From NCBI RefSeq assembly GCF_009914755.1, contig NC_060929.1: a stretch of 64,000 bases of DNA. One strand, 5' to 3'. The notes beneath the pieces are model-generated. The model did no database searches. It worked only from the letters and a program-made list of their open reading frames with translations, and was not told where the DNA came from. Below are positions 28,386-41,645 of this stretch, piece after piece. A program made the translations under genes and the position numbers. The stretch is from the human T2T-CHM13v2.0 reference genome, Homo sapiens. How positions within the stretch are numbered: position 1 is the stretch's first letter; each line of letters begins with the position of its first letter.

Positions 28386-30080
28386 TGTAATGTATGTGGT
28401 ACTGTTTTTTAAAGATTATATTCTAGTGCGAGAGACAGAAATAAAGTAAATGAACAAATTATTATGAATCAGTTAATACAGTGAAGAAAATGAACATAGT
28501 ATTGGATTAGAGATTAGGGAAACTCTATATAGGATTATGGGGTGATCAGGGAAGGTATCTGGGATGAGAGCTAAAGCTGAGACTTAAATAACGATAGAGC
28601 TAAAAATTAGTGGCCAGGGATTAAGAAAAGTGGTATAAGCAGAAAATGGCATTTGTAATATCTGAGGTTCAAAAGACATTCCAGTATAGGAAGATAAATG
28701 CTTTTGAAGAATGAGTTCTTACTAATATTTATTGGGAGCAGGAATAATGCTTCTGGAGTTTGATTTCATTGTTTTGAGGAGCAACAGCTCATTTGTAGTA
28801 ACAGGACACACTGTGAAAAGTGCTAGATACCTGGATTACATGCCCTTTCTCTGTCTCTCTGTGTTCCTCTAGTAACTTGAGTTTATCTCATTGTACTTAC
28901 ATATAGGGGTATAGTTTGGTGTCTGTCGTGCTACGTTATTCTGTGAAGGGAGATTCTGTCCCGTTTGCATTTTTGCTATTCCCACTCTTCACTCATATAG
29001 TACCTTTGTATGGGACTTAGAAAAAGGCCTTCTCATTTATTCCTTCACCCTTGGCTAGTGCTGATAAACCCCTGCATGTCCTACAATGTCTGCTAGTTAG
29101 TAGGTGCTCAATAAGTGTTTAATGATTCATGGCTGTTATAGCTGCTGAGTCAGTTAATGCACATATACTTAAAGAAGTAGGTGTACCTTATGATAATCAT
29201 TTCTGTATTTCTGTTGATTAACCTAGAGTACTATAGTTATGGAAGTATTTGTACCTAGTTTCTGATTTGATTTTTCTTAGTTTCAACCTCCAAATTTGTA
29301 TAACCCCAAGTATATTAGAGAGAATTGTTTTGAAGCAGGAATGACTCATGATAATGTAAATCCTCTCTTTAGTAAGGGTTCATAATATGGCTGAGGTATA
29401 GCTGCACTTTAATTTTGAAACCTGTTTTTCCTCTGACTCTTCAAGAAATATGTTTATTTTAAAAAATATAGAATTAGATGAAGCAGAAAGTGAAAAGTAC
29501 ACCTAACCCCACCACCAGAGCTAATATCACAAACCCTTTCTTTCATTAAACAAATATTTATTGAGCATATGTATCACTAGGCTTACAGTGATGAGTGAAA
29601 ACAGATACAGCTCTTCTCGTGGAATTTACATTCTTGTGGGGACAGATTTGAAAGGTAAATGTAAAAACATAGGTGTGGTAAGTGCTACAAAGTAGGAGTA
29701 TGTGATGCGGTAAGCATATAAGAGGGGGACTTCTAGCCAGGACGGTTTGGGAAGACTTCCCCGAAGAAGGGATGCTTGAGCTGAAAGAGAGGTGAGGTGT
29801 GTGTGTGTTTTGTAATGTGATAGATTCATTTGTAATTCATGATATACCGTAATTTTATAAGGTTTTCATTTATGGCTGAGGTACCACTGCATCTCTTTTG
29901 GTACACTAATGACGTTCTGTGTTCAGTCAGTGGTTGCAGTTTTTCAGAAGAATCAGGGAACCTCACGTACACAGGAATTTCTAAATATTATGATTACCTT
30001 GGTTTTCTTTCTAGCTTTGAGGTCATTTCTCTAAGAAATGACAAAATACATCAATAAAAGGGTATTATCAAGTCAAGTCT

Positions 30081-30136
30081 TCATAAACCAAAGGTATACT
30101 ATGAAAGGCCAAGATAATAGCAGATAATGGGTTCAT
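30081..30136 (+). repeat. Copy 1 of a 56-bp near-perfect direct repeat (copy 2 at 31469-31524; 55/56 identical)
   Basis: tcataaaccaaaggtatactatgaaaggccaagataatagcagataatgggttcat compared with tcataaaccagaggtatactatgaaaggccaagataatagcagataatgggttcat. Confidence 0.95.
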
Positions 30137-31468
30137 AGCTGTTAAGTCCCTCCAGTTTCTAGTGTAAGAAGGAGCATACCTTCCTGTCTGTTCAATTATT
30201 GGCTCTCTGTGCTTGGTGTACATTTTTTTAAACTCAATTTTAATGCCCTATTTCTGTTGGCTATCATATGGAAATAAATATAGGATAAAACTAAGTGATA
30301 GGCTAAATGGCATATGAAACTCTTTATAGCCCCTGTTCTTTTTTCCATTACTCTCTAAGATCTTACAGAGATTATGGTTAGTGTCTTTTAAGCCTGAGTT
30401 CCTAGCATGGAGTATTCCTGACATACACTAGTGGGCACCCGGTAAATTTTGAATAAATCAAATGTCTCCTCTGTCTAATATCACAATTCATCTCTCCAAT
30501 TCATATGATCCTCAATATCTACATATTTATTCCTTTTCTCCTTGAGCTTTAATTTTATATCTTCCTGGATGCATGCCAGTATTTGTTTCCTTATGTCCCT
30601 CCACTGTCACCTTCTTGCCTTGTTTTGGCCATAACTAGAGTTACCCTTTGGTAAGTGATGTTTTCATTATTCAGGGTTTAAACCTTAACTTTTCTAGTTA
30701 GGCTTCTGTTTATTTGTGACATCCCTCGTATCTCTTTTTTTTTTTTTTATTTAATCACGGTGTGTGTGTGTTCCTCTCAGTTAGGTTACTACCATGGTTT
30801 TCATCTACGCTTTGTCCCCCTAGTTAGTCTCTTACTTGGTCCTTTGTTGTTGGAATTTTTGTCTTCTTGAAATACCTCTTCGAACATGTCTTTCGGCTTA
30901 GATAGAACTCTACACGGCACATAGAACTACTTCTAGCAGTCTGACTCCTTAGCCTTGTATTCACAGTCTTTCCCTGTTTGACCTTCATTCTGTGGTTGTG
31001 CCTTTCCCTTTTGCTTCACAGTCAGACTAGCTGATTGTCACCTCCTAGCCTCCCTTCCTCATTTGGCTGAGTGATTTGGTTTTCCTCGTCCTTGTACTTT
31101 CTTGCCAAGTGGACTGTGAATGATAGATTGTTATATTTCTATCTCGTATTCAGTATTTTGGTAGTCACTCTCAAAATTTGTGCTTATATGACAAGCAGTT
31201 ATTCTTGCCTCATCCTTAAGCTCCTATTCACTTAGGTGCAGTGTGTTTGAGTTTGCAGGGGAGGGGTAGAATCTGTCCAAACCAGCTGTTTTTTTTGCAC
31301 AGTTGCTAAACCCCCTCAACCAACTTCTTGTCTGTTACTGGCCATTTGCAACACAGTTAATTCCTTCTTAATCAGTCATATTCACCAGTATATAATCTTT
31401 TCACTTTTTTCTTCTTCCACTTTCCAGTTATACTGTTCTTTCTGTTCCATGTATGTACTCTAAATACC

Positions 31469-31524
31469 TCATAAACCAGAGGTATACTATGAAAGGCCAA
31501 GATAATAGCAGATAATGGGTTCAT
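31469..31524 (+). repeat. Copy 2 of the 56-bp direct repeat
   Basis: See copy 1. The flanking sequences outside the 56 bp are unrelated. Confidence 0.95.
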
Positions 31525-33149
31525 TATCTGAGTCTGAAAGTGTTTGATCACTCAGATTTAATTCCATTCATTCATACGGCAGTTTTGATGAAAATTGACT
31601 GTCTCACCTAACACGAATTGTCCCGTGGGTTTCCTAATGAGATTTTAGATTTAGATTTTGGGGGATTCTCTGGTTTTCAAGCTAGAAGTAGAAATTCCCT
31701 GAAAGGTTTCATGGACACTGTTCAGTGTAGTTTGTGTTTTTCTTTTATGATGCTCATGGTTAGCCTGTTCTGAATTACTGTAACAAGACTTGGCTTTTAA
31801 AGAAAAGGCTGTTTGACACTTAGCCTTCTGAAAGTTTGGTTTAATACGGCCCTAGTAAGAGCAAAAAAGAGAAGGCAGAATTTGTCTTCTATCCCTGATT
31901 ATGTTATTGAAATAAGATTAACATTTATAAACAACTGTTTTACAATAGGTTTCTATGGAGGTTTATTGCAAAAGAAAATAGCTTGACGATTTAAGTTCCT
32001 TGAAGCCTATTGACTTTTTGGTTTTCTTAGGAACTAAATATATTACCTCTTAATATGTTTAGATATATATAAATATATCTTATTATATTGGTATATATTA
32101 ATATATATTATTCCCACTGGTGTACTTTAGGATAGGTATGTTAGGTGGCTCAGGATGAGGATTACAGAGGTGCAAATAGAATCTGCTCAGAAGCCAGATT
32201 GTCTAGGGCATTATTTCACCTATGTGGACTGTCAAATGCATCTTCCCTTGACTTACTAGAGAACTCAGAAGTAAGCAAGCCCTGGAGCACCTGAAAGTAC
32301 CAAGGATACAAATCATGTATTCCATGCTAATTGGGTTCTTTTTGAGACAGAAGGAAAGTTCATTTTCATTAGGTAGTTTATCAAGTTTCTCCAAAAGCAA
32401 CACTGAGGAATATAGGAGAAGCTATGAGAAATGCAGAAAGAGAAAAGAAAAAAAAAAGAGTTAAAAGAATGAGAACAAAGGAGGGGTTAGAATGACAGAT
32501 ACTGGGGGCAAGTGATGGGGAGCATCAGAAAGGACTTTGAGAGAGGACAAAAGAAAAAGCTGCCGTATTTCTTCTAAGATGTAATTTTTTTTTTCACCTC
32601 ATAACATAACATTAACTGTCTTACAGTTAATAGCATCTGAGTATTGCTTTTGGCCAGGTGGCAGTTTTGATCTAGTTGTCATTGTACAGGCATGGCTCTG
32701 ACTTGCTGTTTCTGTTGCTGTCATTTCAGTCTCAGTGTGGACATTGTTTTAACTTCTCGTGTTGAGTAATTGCCATTTAAAATATTTTCTTAGTTGTTGT
32801 TTTCACATCTTCATTTAGATCCTCTAGGGACACCAAACAGGCACCAGTATCAAAATTTGCAGGATGGTTGTCAGTGGCTTGAAAGACAGTCCTGGAGCAG
32901 TGTCGGAACATTCTTCATACTTACATTCTTGATGGCAGAAGGATGATACTGTGAATAAAAATTTTAAGTTATAAGAAAGCATTATGCCATTTACTTTGCA
33001 GCTTTTTCTTCCTTCAGGGTTCATAAAATAATGCGGACTCTTAAAGTACATGACTGTATGCTTATTGAAATAAAGGATCCCAACCATTTATTTAAAATCC
33101 TCAGCCTGATAGCAACAATGTTCATGATTATTACAACAATAATAACTAC

Positions 33150-33340
33150 AGTTGCCCTTTATTGAGTATGCACTGTGTACTAAGTGTTTCTCACTTAATT
33201 CTCAGAACCTTTTAGGGCCATAGTATTCACGATACAAAATAGGAAAAAATGGAGATTTTGGGTGTAAGTGTTAGATCCAGAATTTGAACCCAAGTTTATT
33301 AGGCTTCAAATCCGGTGCTGTAGTTCCTCATCCTGTTATA
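33150..33340 (-). mobile_element. MIR SINE fragment (minus orientation)
   Basis: ggtgtaagtgttagatccagaatttgaacccaagtttattaggcttcaaatccggtgctgtagttcctcatcctgtt; the upstream part carries a MIR-like head in reverse. Confidence 0.45.
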
Positions 33341-34989
33341 TAAAGTATTACTTTGTGAAAGACATAGAAGCTTTTATGCTTAAGATAAAATTGTCTCCCT
33401 TCATCCTTCTCCCCAAAGGGTCATATCCTGACTTCTTTTAGCGACCTTTATATCTTTAGGGCAACTCCATTCTCCACTGTGTATCGTAGATAGTTATGGG
33501 CACATTTCAGTTGTTCTATTAATTTGTGACTATTTAGAGTTAGTCTGGATCTGATTTATATTTCAACTCTTTATTATCTAGCTTAGTGCCTTGCCTTTTA
33601 TAGGCACTCAGTAAATATGTGTTGTATAAATAAGGCTATAAGTGTGAGCTTAAGTTTAGCACTGGTTATTATGTATATTTGTGTCTCAGTAGACTCTGAA
33701 AGCATTTAGAAAAGGAGTATAGAGGACCAAAATTTAGCTGTCCAGTAATCTGTAATGTGTAAAGACTGTTGCAGTTGCTAAGTACAGTCTTTTGGGATTT
33801 TCTCTATTACTGGAATAAGTGTAGAGGTGATGTAGAAGAGTATTATGGGGTGTTAGATACACAGCTGATTTAAATTGAAGATAGGTGTTCTCAGTGTTTC
33901 TAAATTCGTTTTATTTAGTGAAAGGCAAAGGGGGCATGAAAAATTGAATCAACTTTTCAGGAAAGAGACTCAAAATGTTCAGAGGTATTGCAGGTTCACT
34001 TGTGGCTCATGCAAATCAGAACGTATTTTATTTTTTGTATACATAATGAGAAATTTTTTCATAACCGAGTACTTATGTGAGGATACTAAAGTAAATCTAT
34101 TGCTGTAACCCAAGCTCTCTGATCATTTTATTTCAAATTTTGGACCAAGGTGTTATTTTGAATATAGTATAGTCTGCAGAAAAGACTAGGACAAAATGCA
34201 TCCATTATATGGGTACCATAAAGAAGTTTTAATCTCAGTTTAACAATTTTACTTTTACTATAGGTGGTTTAGTTCCTTTAGAAACCTAGCTGTTAAATAT
34301 TAAGAGAATAGATGAGTAAAATATGATTGCACCATTAAAGGCATTTAAAAAAATCTATATATTCGGGTGAGGGAAGAGCAAATGCTTGTGGTGTTAAATA
34401 GAAAATGCAGAATACCAAGTAATATCATGTTATATCCTGTTACGGGCAGTTGTGGGCAAGACTATATATATGCAGAGGAAACAAATATAAGCATACCATA
34501 TGTTAATGGTATGATTATAGGTGAGTATACTTAGGAAAAATATTTTTTAAGGAAAAATATTTTTTAAAAAGTGGTACATTGTCTCATCATTTCTGAGATC
34601 ATTGTGTTCCAGTAATAAGTGTGCTAAAAATGTCCTAATGATAATTAGAAAAGCTTTGGAGTAAGATCACCACAAAAAAAATATATTTTTATGCAGTGGT
34701 AGTAAGCATAAAGCTAAACCTTTCATTCCTGCTGATTGACCTAGCACAAATGTGAGAAGGTTGGGTTAAAGTTGATAGGTTGATGACATACGTTAAGTGG
34801 TATAAAAATAAGTTTGAAAATGAGCAAATTAAGCTGGATTATTCTTGATCTCTTAAACTATACAATCTTATGATAATATTTAACAATTTGAATGTTTTGG
34901 AGAAGTCAGGAATATGAAGAACAATTACAGACCTGTAAGGGAAGAAAATTCCTTGGCAGGAGGGTTTCTTTCTAGGAGGCAGTCTGTAC

Positions 34990-35245
34990 AGTGGTTTGGA
35001 ATATGGATTCTGCAGCTGGACTGCCAGGGTTCAATTCTCAGCTCTGTTTCTTGCTTTCTGTATAATTAAGCAAGTTACATTTAATTTCCCTTTGCCTGTT
35101 TTCTCATCTGTAAAATGAGAATAATGGAATTTGCTTTATAAGGCTGTTTTGAAATTTAATGATTTTTGGTTTCTAAATGTAAAGTCCTTAACAGTACTTG
35201 GCATAGTGAGTGCTCAATAAATGTTAGTGGTTTATTATTATTACC
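34990..35245 (+). mobile_element. MIR SINE (nearly complete)
   Basis: gctggactgccagggttcaattctcagctctgtttcttgctttctgtataattaagcaagttacatttaatttccctttgcctgttttctcatctgtaaaatgagaataatggaatttgctttataaggctgttttgaaatttaatg...acagtacttggcatagtgagtgctcaataaatgttagtggtttattattatt. Confidence 0.8.
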
Positions 35246-35689
35246 ATTATCAAAGGAGTATTATGATTCCTTTGCTTAAGCAATTGATTTTTTTTTTAGA
35301 AAGGAAGCTGTTGAAGTTATTGAAGTACCTGTTGCTATATTCTAAGAAATTAAAATGTCCAGAAATCTGCCTCTGTAAGTAACCTTTTAAGATCATTCAT
35401 GCCACTCTGTTTCTTTAGTCAGTAATAATGCAGCCCATGTTCTATGCCTTCTATAGAGAATTTCATTTAAAATGAAACCACTGAAAAATGTAGACCACCA
35501 TTTTATACTAAATGGTGAGTAAAAGGTCTGATTTTATCTTGAAGAATGAAACTAAAATTCTGGGAAAACATTAGCTTATAGTAACTGTAAACATGCATGA
35601 ATTGTTATAATGAACAAATAATGGATCAAGTGTGAATGGATAAACAATTTTTCCCACAAAATAATTCAGTATCATTATATGACAGCCTT

Positions 35690-36170
35690 CAATTTGACAT
35701 TTGTGGCATTAGCTTTAAGTTGTTCTTTTTTTTGCAAAAATATTGATAAAAATATATATACATTTTTTCAAGGACCTCTGTTAAATTCTTTGATAGTCAA
35801 GTTACTCTTACCCTCCTCCCGAACAAAGAATGTCTTGCTTACTGATTACTGTAAAAGTGGTAGATTCCCTGAGCTCAGTATTCCTCATCCATGCATCAAG
35901 ACTACAAAAAAGCACAAACTCATACAAATAAAACATGGAGAATCTTATAATACTGAAGGAAAGATTACGTGTTATTCCTTCTATACAACATTCACAAAAA
36001 GGCAAAACTATAAAATACATCACATTATCCCCATGGGTCTTGGGGACAAACAAAACCTCAAATAATGTCAATGCTTATGCTGCTTGCTGTGCCCAGAGTA
36101 GCAGAGTCTCTAACCCAGGAGTCTTATGTCCTTTGGCACCATCCAGAAGACAGTAACAGACTAACTTGTA
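35690..36170 (+). mobile_element. L1 3'-UTR-derived fragment (sense on + strand); forms an inverted pair with the L1 fragment at 36480-37200
   Basis: The + strand ORF fragment ILKERLRVIPSIQHSQKGKTI mirrors the - strand ORF fragment ILRERLHIIPSTQHSKTGKTN 400 bp downstream. The pattern resembles old L1 (L1M/L1P) 3' UTR. Classification is tentative. Confidence 0.4.
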
Positions 36171-36479
36171 AGTGGGGTAAAATCAAATCCTAGATCCTAC
36201 ATTGTTTGCCATCATTTTTATAAACTTTGGAAATCTTGGAATTTTTGCAAAATCTGTAGTCTCACTCATGGTTCATAAGCCATTATGGTGAGGGAGACAC
36301 TTGTGAATAGGGACTGATTTTATAAGTGATCAGTCACAAGTATGTTTTAAAGATATTTTTAAAAATTGAAATAATCATCTAGTAAAGCACACAGAATTAA
36401 AGTGTGTAGCTTAATGAACTTCTGCATATGGTATACATCCATGTCATCATCACCCAGATCAAAATATGGAAAATTTCTA

Positions 36480-37200
36480 GCTCCCTAGAAGGCTGTCTCA
36501 TGACCCTTCTTAGTGCTCTTCTGGCCTTGATGGCATAGGTTAGTTTTGCCTGTTTTTGAATGTTGTGTAGATGGAATAATGTGTAATCTTTCCCTCAGAA
36601 TATATGAGAATTCTCCATGTTTTACACATACTAGTTCTTTCTGTAGCTGTGAAGTATTCCATTTTATGAATTTATTACCAGTATTTACCCACTCTACTGC
36701 TGATGAATATTTGGGTTCCAGTTTGGGACTATTATAAATAAAGTTGTTAGGAACATGTACTTGTTTTTTGGTGGACACAGCACTCATTTCTGTTGGATAT
36801 ATACCTAGGAATGGAATTTCTGGGTCATAGGGATCTATGTTTAGCGTTAGTGGATACTGTTAAACAATTTTCAAAAGTGACTGGACTAATGTATATTCCT
36901 ACTATCAATATATGAGAGTTCCAGTTCTGTATTATCATGAACAGTTAATCTTTTTTTTTTTTTTAAGTGTAGCCATTCTGGTAGGTACCGAGTGAGATTT
37001 TACTGTGGTAGTTTTTGTTTTCTTTTTGCATTCATGTGATAACTAATGATATTGAGCCCATTTTCTCATCCAGTGGCTATTTTAATGTCCTCTTTTGTGA
37101 AGGATCTGTTCAGATCTTTTGACTATTCACTAATTTTTATGATGAATTTTTCTCCTTTTGTAATGTAAGTTGAGACGTGGATAACAAGTACTCGGGTAGC
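36480..37200 (-). mobile_element. Old L1 (L1M/L1P-like) 3' fragment, minus orientation
   Basis: The + strand reads the L1 antisense: ...ctgctgatgaatatttgggttccagtttgggactattataaataaagttgttaggaacatgtacttg...ggatatatacctaggaatggaatttctgggtcatag...ttcctactatcaatatatgagagttccagtt...ccattctggtaggtaccgagtgagattttactgtggtagtttttgttttctttttgcattcatgtgataactaatgatattgagc. Confidence 0.75.
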
Positions 37201-38410
37201 TTGCACATACCACTTTACCAGTTTGGGAAGTATAGAAAACATTTTTAGAAATAATTTCATCAAAAGTGCTAAGTTTTTTAGTCATTCCATATTTAAAGAG
37301 TTGAGTGTGAGATTTGCTCCTCTCCCTGTGCTAGTTTTACTAGTAAGAGTTCTAGGTTTTTAAAACTGACACCTATTGTTCTTTTTGAAACCAATCTCTT
37401 GAAGTTTAGTGGCATACCCATTCACCAAAGTCACTGGCCTTTTCTTTGTTTACATTCTCTTTAAACTCTCCCATATGTTTAATCTTCTGCAGTACCATTG
37501 TATCTAGTTCTGTCTTTTTAATAGTGCATTATCAGTAACTCACTATCAGGAAACTCTTTCCTAACAGTGAATGTTTCGTAATATTTAGGTGTTTACTTAC
37601 TGTTCTTTTCACTCTGTTGCAAACTTTTTTTTTTTAGCTCTTTGTGCAAAATCTTAAATCTGTTTCTCATCTTTACCTGGCTAAACCTGTATCTCCAGTC
37701 ATGACCTTTTCCCAGTGGAGTTTACCACCATTTCTACTGACAAAGCTGCCTTCTGAATGTTTTTAATTCTGTGGGTAGAATTCTCATTTTATCATTATCT
37801 TAGTCAACGTGGGTTTAAAATTTGAAATTATCTCTTAATTTCAAGGTACAGTTAGTAGAAAAATCAGTGACCATTCATTAAGTATCATAGTGTGTGGTAT
37901 GGCACATGCAATGGTCCAGGTGCTGAAGACTACTTCTTAGAAGGATTTTGTACTGTATTTGGGAAGTTATGATATTATTTATGACTTATTAATTAGTTTT
38001 TATTATAAATATTCAGTGACCATAGCCTCTTCAGCATTGGGTGGTAAAGGAAGTCTTCACAAAAGGGGATAGATTGGAGCTCATCATTAAGAATGACTAA
38101 GATTTCTCTTGGAAGACACAGATGGGCAGAGGGGCAGGGATTTGGATTGGATCAGAAGGTGTGTATAGTGGAAGAGTAATGGGCAAGATTAGATTAGGAC
38201 TAGATCTAGCCAGTCTCTTAAGTCTTGGTTCGTCTTCTTTCTGAATGCTAATGATTAGAATTCATGTTTGAATAGTACTGTTGAGTTTGTAAAGCTTGTG
38301 TTAGATAGACATTAGTACTTTAATATTTCTGTGACTTAGGAACCATCATCTCTATTTTACAGAAAAGTTAATAGGCTTTGAAAAAGTGATACTAGTAAAG
38401 AACAGAATCT

Positions 38411-38460
38411 GGTGGGCACAGTGGCTCAAGCCTATAATGCCATCAACTTGGGAGACTGAG
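38411..38460 (+). mobile_element. Short Alu 5' fragment
   Basis: ggtgggcacagtggctcaagcctataatgccatcaacttgggagactgag. Confidence 0.7.
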
Positions 38461-40142
38461 TCTGGTGTGTTTCATTTCCAGGCATATTTTTATTCTCTGA
38501 TATCATAGATATCTATAAATAACAATTTTTTTGTTTTAAGTTTGATATAGACATCCTTAGAAAGGTATATATATTTTTACAAATTGTTTTTCTTACTCAT
38601 TTATTTGATAAATGGACACTATTCTAGGTCCAGGGCATCCAGTGGTTTTGAGGGCAGACGAGACTACCTGCATACTAACATTGCATTGGGGAAAACAAAG
38701 TAAATAAACAAAGTTGATAATGTAATATCAGATTAGGGTAAATGCTATAAAAAATGAACAGGGTCAGGGGATAGAGAATGTTGTGAGAATGGGCTGTCAT
38801 GCTATTTTCAATCAAGTGGTCAGGGAATTCCTCTTTCAGGAGGTGACCTTTGAACAACTGAATTAATTTGAGTGAGTATGCTGCGTTAAGTTACGGGAGA
38901 AGAGAATTTAGGGGAGAGAACATCAGATGCAAAGACCTCACATAGAAATAACCTTAGAATACTTGAGAAATGGAAAGAAGTTAAGTGTGGTTAAATGCAA
39001 TTAGGTAGGATAATGGTTAAGAAATGAGTAAGGAGAAGCCAAGGGCCTGATCATGTATGATATTGTATTCAGAATTCTGGTCTTGAAGCTCCTGTCTTTT
39101 TGCCTCCCTCTTCCTTAACTGTCTCTCTGTTGCTCATACACATACTCTCTCACACATACGTACACTACCCTATCTAGCCCCCCATTATATTCTAGTGTTC
39201 ATGAATCAGTCAGCCAGGCCTGTCTCTTATCTAGCCTAGGAAATGCTATGTTCATGTCTGCCTATATATATATTTTTTTGTTTGTGTGCCTTTGCCTTTG
39301 ACATTTCCCATCTCATCTCAGACAACCAAACCATGGTTTTACTTCCTGACCCACATGGATTTTATCATACATCCTTGATGTAGATGCAACTGAGGTCAGC
39401 CCTTCTTACAGTTCATTTAGTACATAACACTTTATACTCTGTGACCTGTTAGTGACAATTATGCTTTCATTCTCTTTGTTATATCTCTCTATTTTAATGT
39501 GGCCAGTTTTGTTTGCCTAGGAAAAATCATCCTACATAGGGCTGGGCAAGACAAGGCACAAGGCATATCCATACATAAGGAGGATATCTTTACTTCCCTG
39601 TACCCTTCCCCACCATGGTTCCAGCATAGAAGGCTGGATAGCTGCCAGTAGTTGATCGGCATCCAGAACTGTATCTGGTACTTTAGTAGGCTCTCAGTAA
39701 GTGTATTTTGAATGAATCAGTTTATTGACTGTTGAGATTAAACCCTACTTGGCATAACTTTTTTTAAAAAGCCCCATCATGGCTATTCACAATACATGGG
39801 ATGTAACAAAGAATCAATAATTATTTGTTGAGTGTATGTCAGTTTTACTTTACTCTGTGTTTACATTATCTTTATTTACTTTATGTTATTGTCTGGGCTT
39901 TAGCTGAGCACATACATTCTTTTCTGGAAAGATGCACCCCAGTCCAGAATAATATTGATGCTAGAATTTTTCAAAGACAAAGCTATAGCTTTTGGCAATT
40001 GTAGGCACAAGAAAGGAAGCATCTTTTGTTACACCATTTTTCCAAACGTTATTCTTGTTACTTTAGTAGGTATTTATCGTCTGTGGTTGGCTGTGCAGCG
40101 ATCTGCAGGAGATCTTACACATTCTTTTTATTCTTTATTTAG

Positions 40143-40245
40143 AAATGGGATCTCACTATGTTGCTCAGACTGGACGTGATTGAACTCCTGGGCTCAAGTG
40201 AGTCTCCCGAATAACTGGGATTACAGGTGTGTGCCACTGAGCCTG
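40143..40245 (-). mobile_element. Alu/FLAM-like monomer fragment (minus orientation)
   Basis: aaatgggatctcactatgttgctcagactggacgtgattgaactcctgggctcaagtgagtctcccgaataactgggattacaggtgtgtgccactgagcctgg. Confidence 0.8.
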
Positions 40246-41070
40246 GTTTTTACCAGCTTCTATCGGTGGAGTGCCTGTCACTTCCACCTGTCATCATCAG
40301 GAGCTTCTTAATGGTGCAGAACAGTGGTTTACCTGGAGCAAGCTCATTAACCAATATAAAATATCACTTAAAATAAGCCGATAGGAATTATAAAATTAGA
40401 AACTGACCCTTTTAAAATGAATTTATTCTCTTTAAATTTATTCAACATACTTAGTTTTACAAATAGATACTTGCCATTTTACTGGCAGTTATAATGATTT
40501 ATTTGAGGGTTTGGTACATCTTATACAACCGTGAATACAATTTGCATCTAATAATGTGACTTCAGTAGTATCATGATTTTTGTCCAAACCTTCTCAGTCT
40601 GGGAAACATTTAAAGAGAATAATGACCTTAGAGAAGAGCTGGATTTCTTTTAAGACTTCTATTCAGATCAGGACACAATCACGTTCAAAATTGACATAGC
40701 ATGTAACATGGATTTCAGTGAAGAAAAGTACTTCAGAATCAAATTTTAGAAGAGTGTTTTAGGGTTTAGTGGCCTAATCAAAGGGAGTCCAGAAGCTATT
40801 TTTGGATAATACATAGGAGGTAGAGCAACCTGGTTTTGCCTCTGGTTATCATTTGACATTGCCAGTGTCTTACTTGTTCATATTATGGGGAAGGAATCGA
40901 GTGGTCACAGAACTTTTGGAGAAAATTTATCAATTTTTTGTTTACTTTGTAATGCTTTTCTGTTCTTATTTAATAAAATATGCCTTTCGATTATATTAAT
41001 TTAAATTTGTATATATTGAATTGATTTAAACTAGGATCCTTTCCCCCTTTCTCTTTCAGGACTTGACCCA

Positions 41071-41645
<575 letters not shown>

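Noticed and set aside
35679-36065. 128-aa + strand ORF and the 100-aa minus ORF at 36485-36787
   Set aside because: Both fall in L1-derived sequence (mirror-image L1 fragments). They are decayed ORF2/3'UTR remnants, not host genes.
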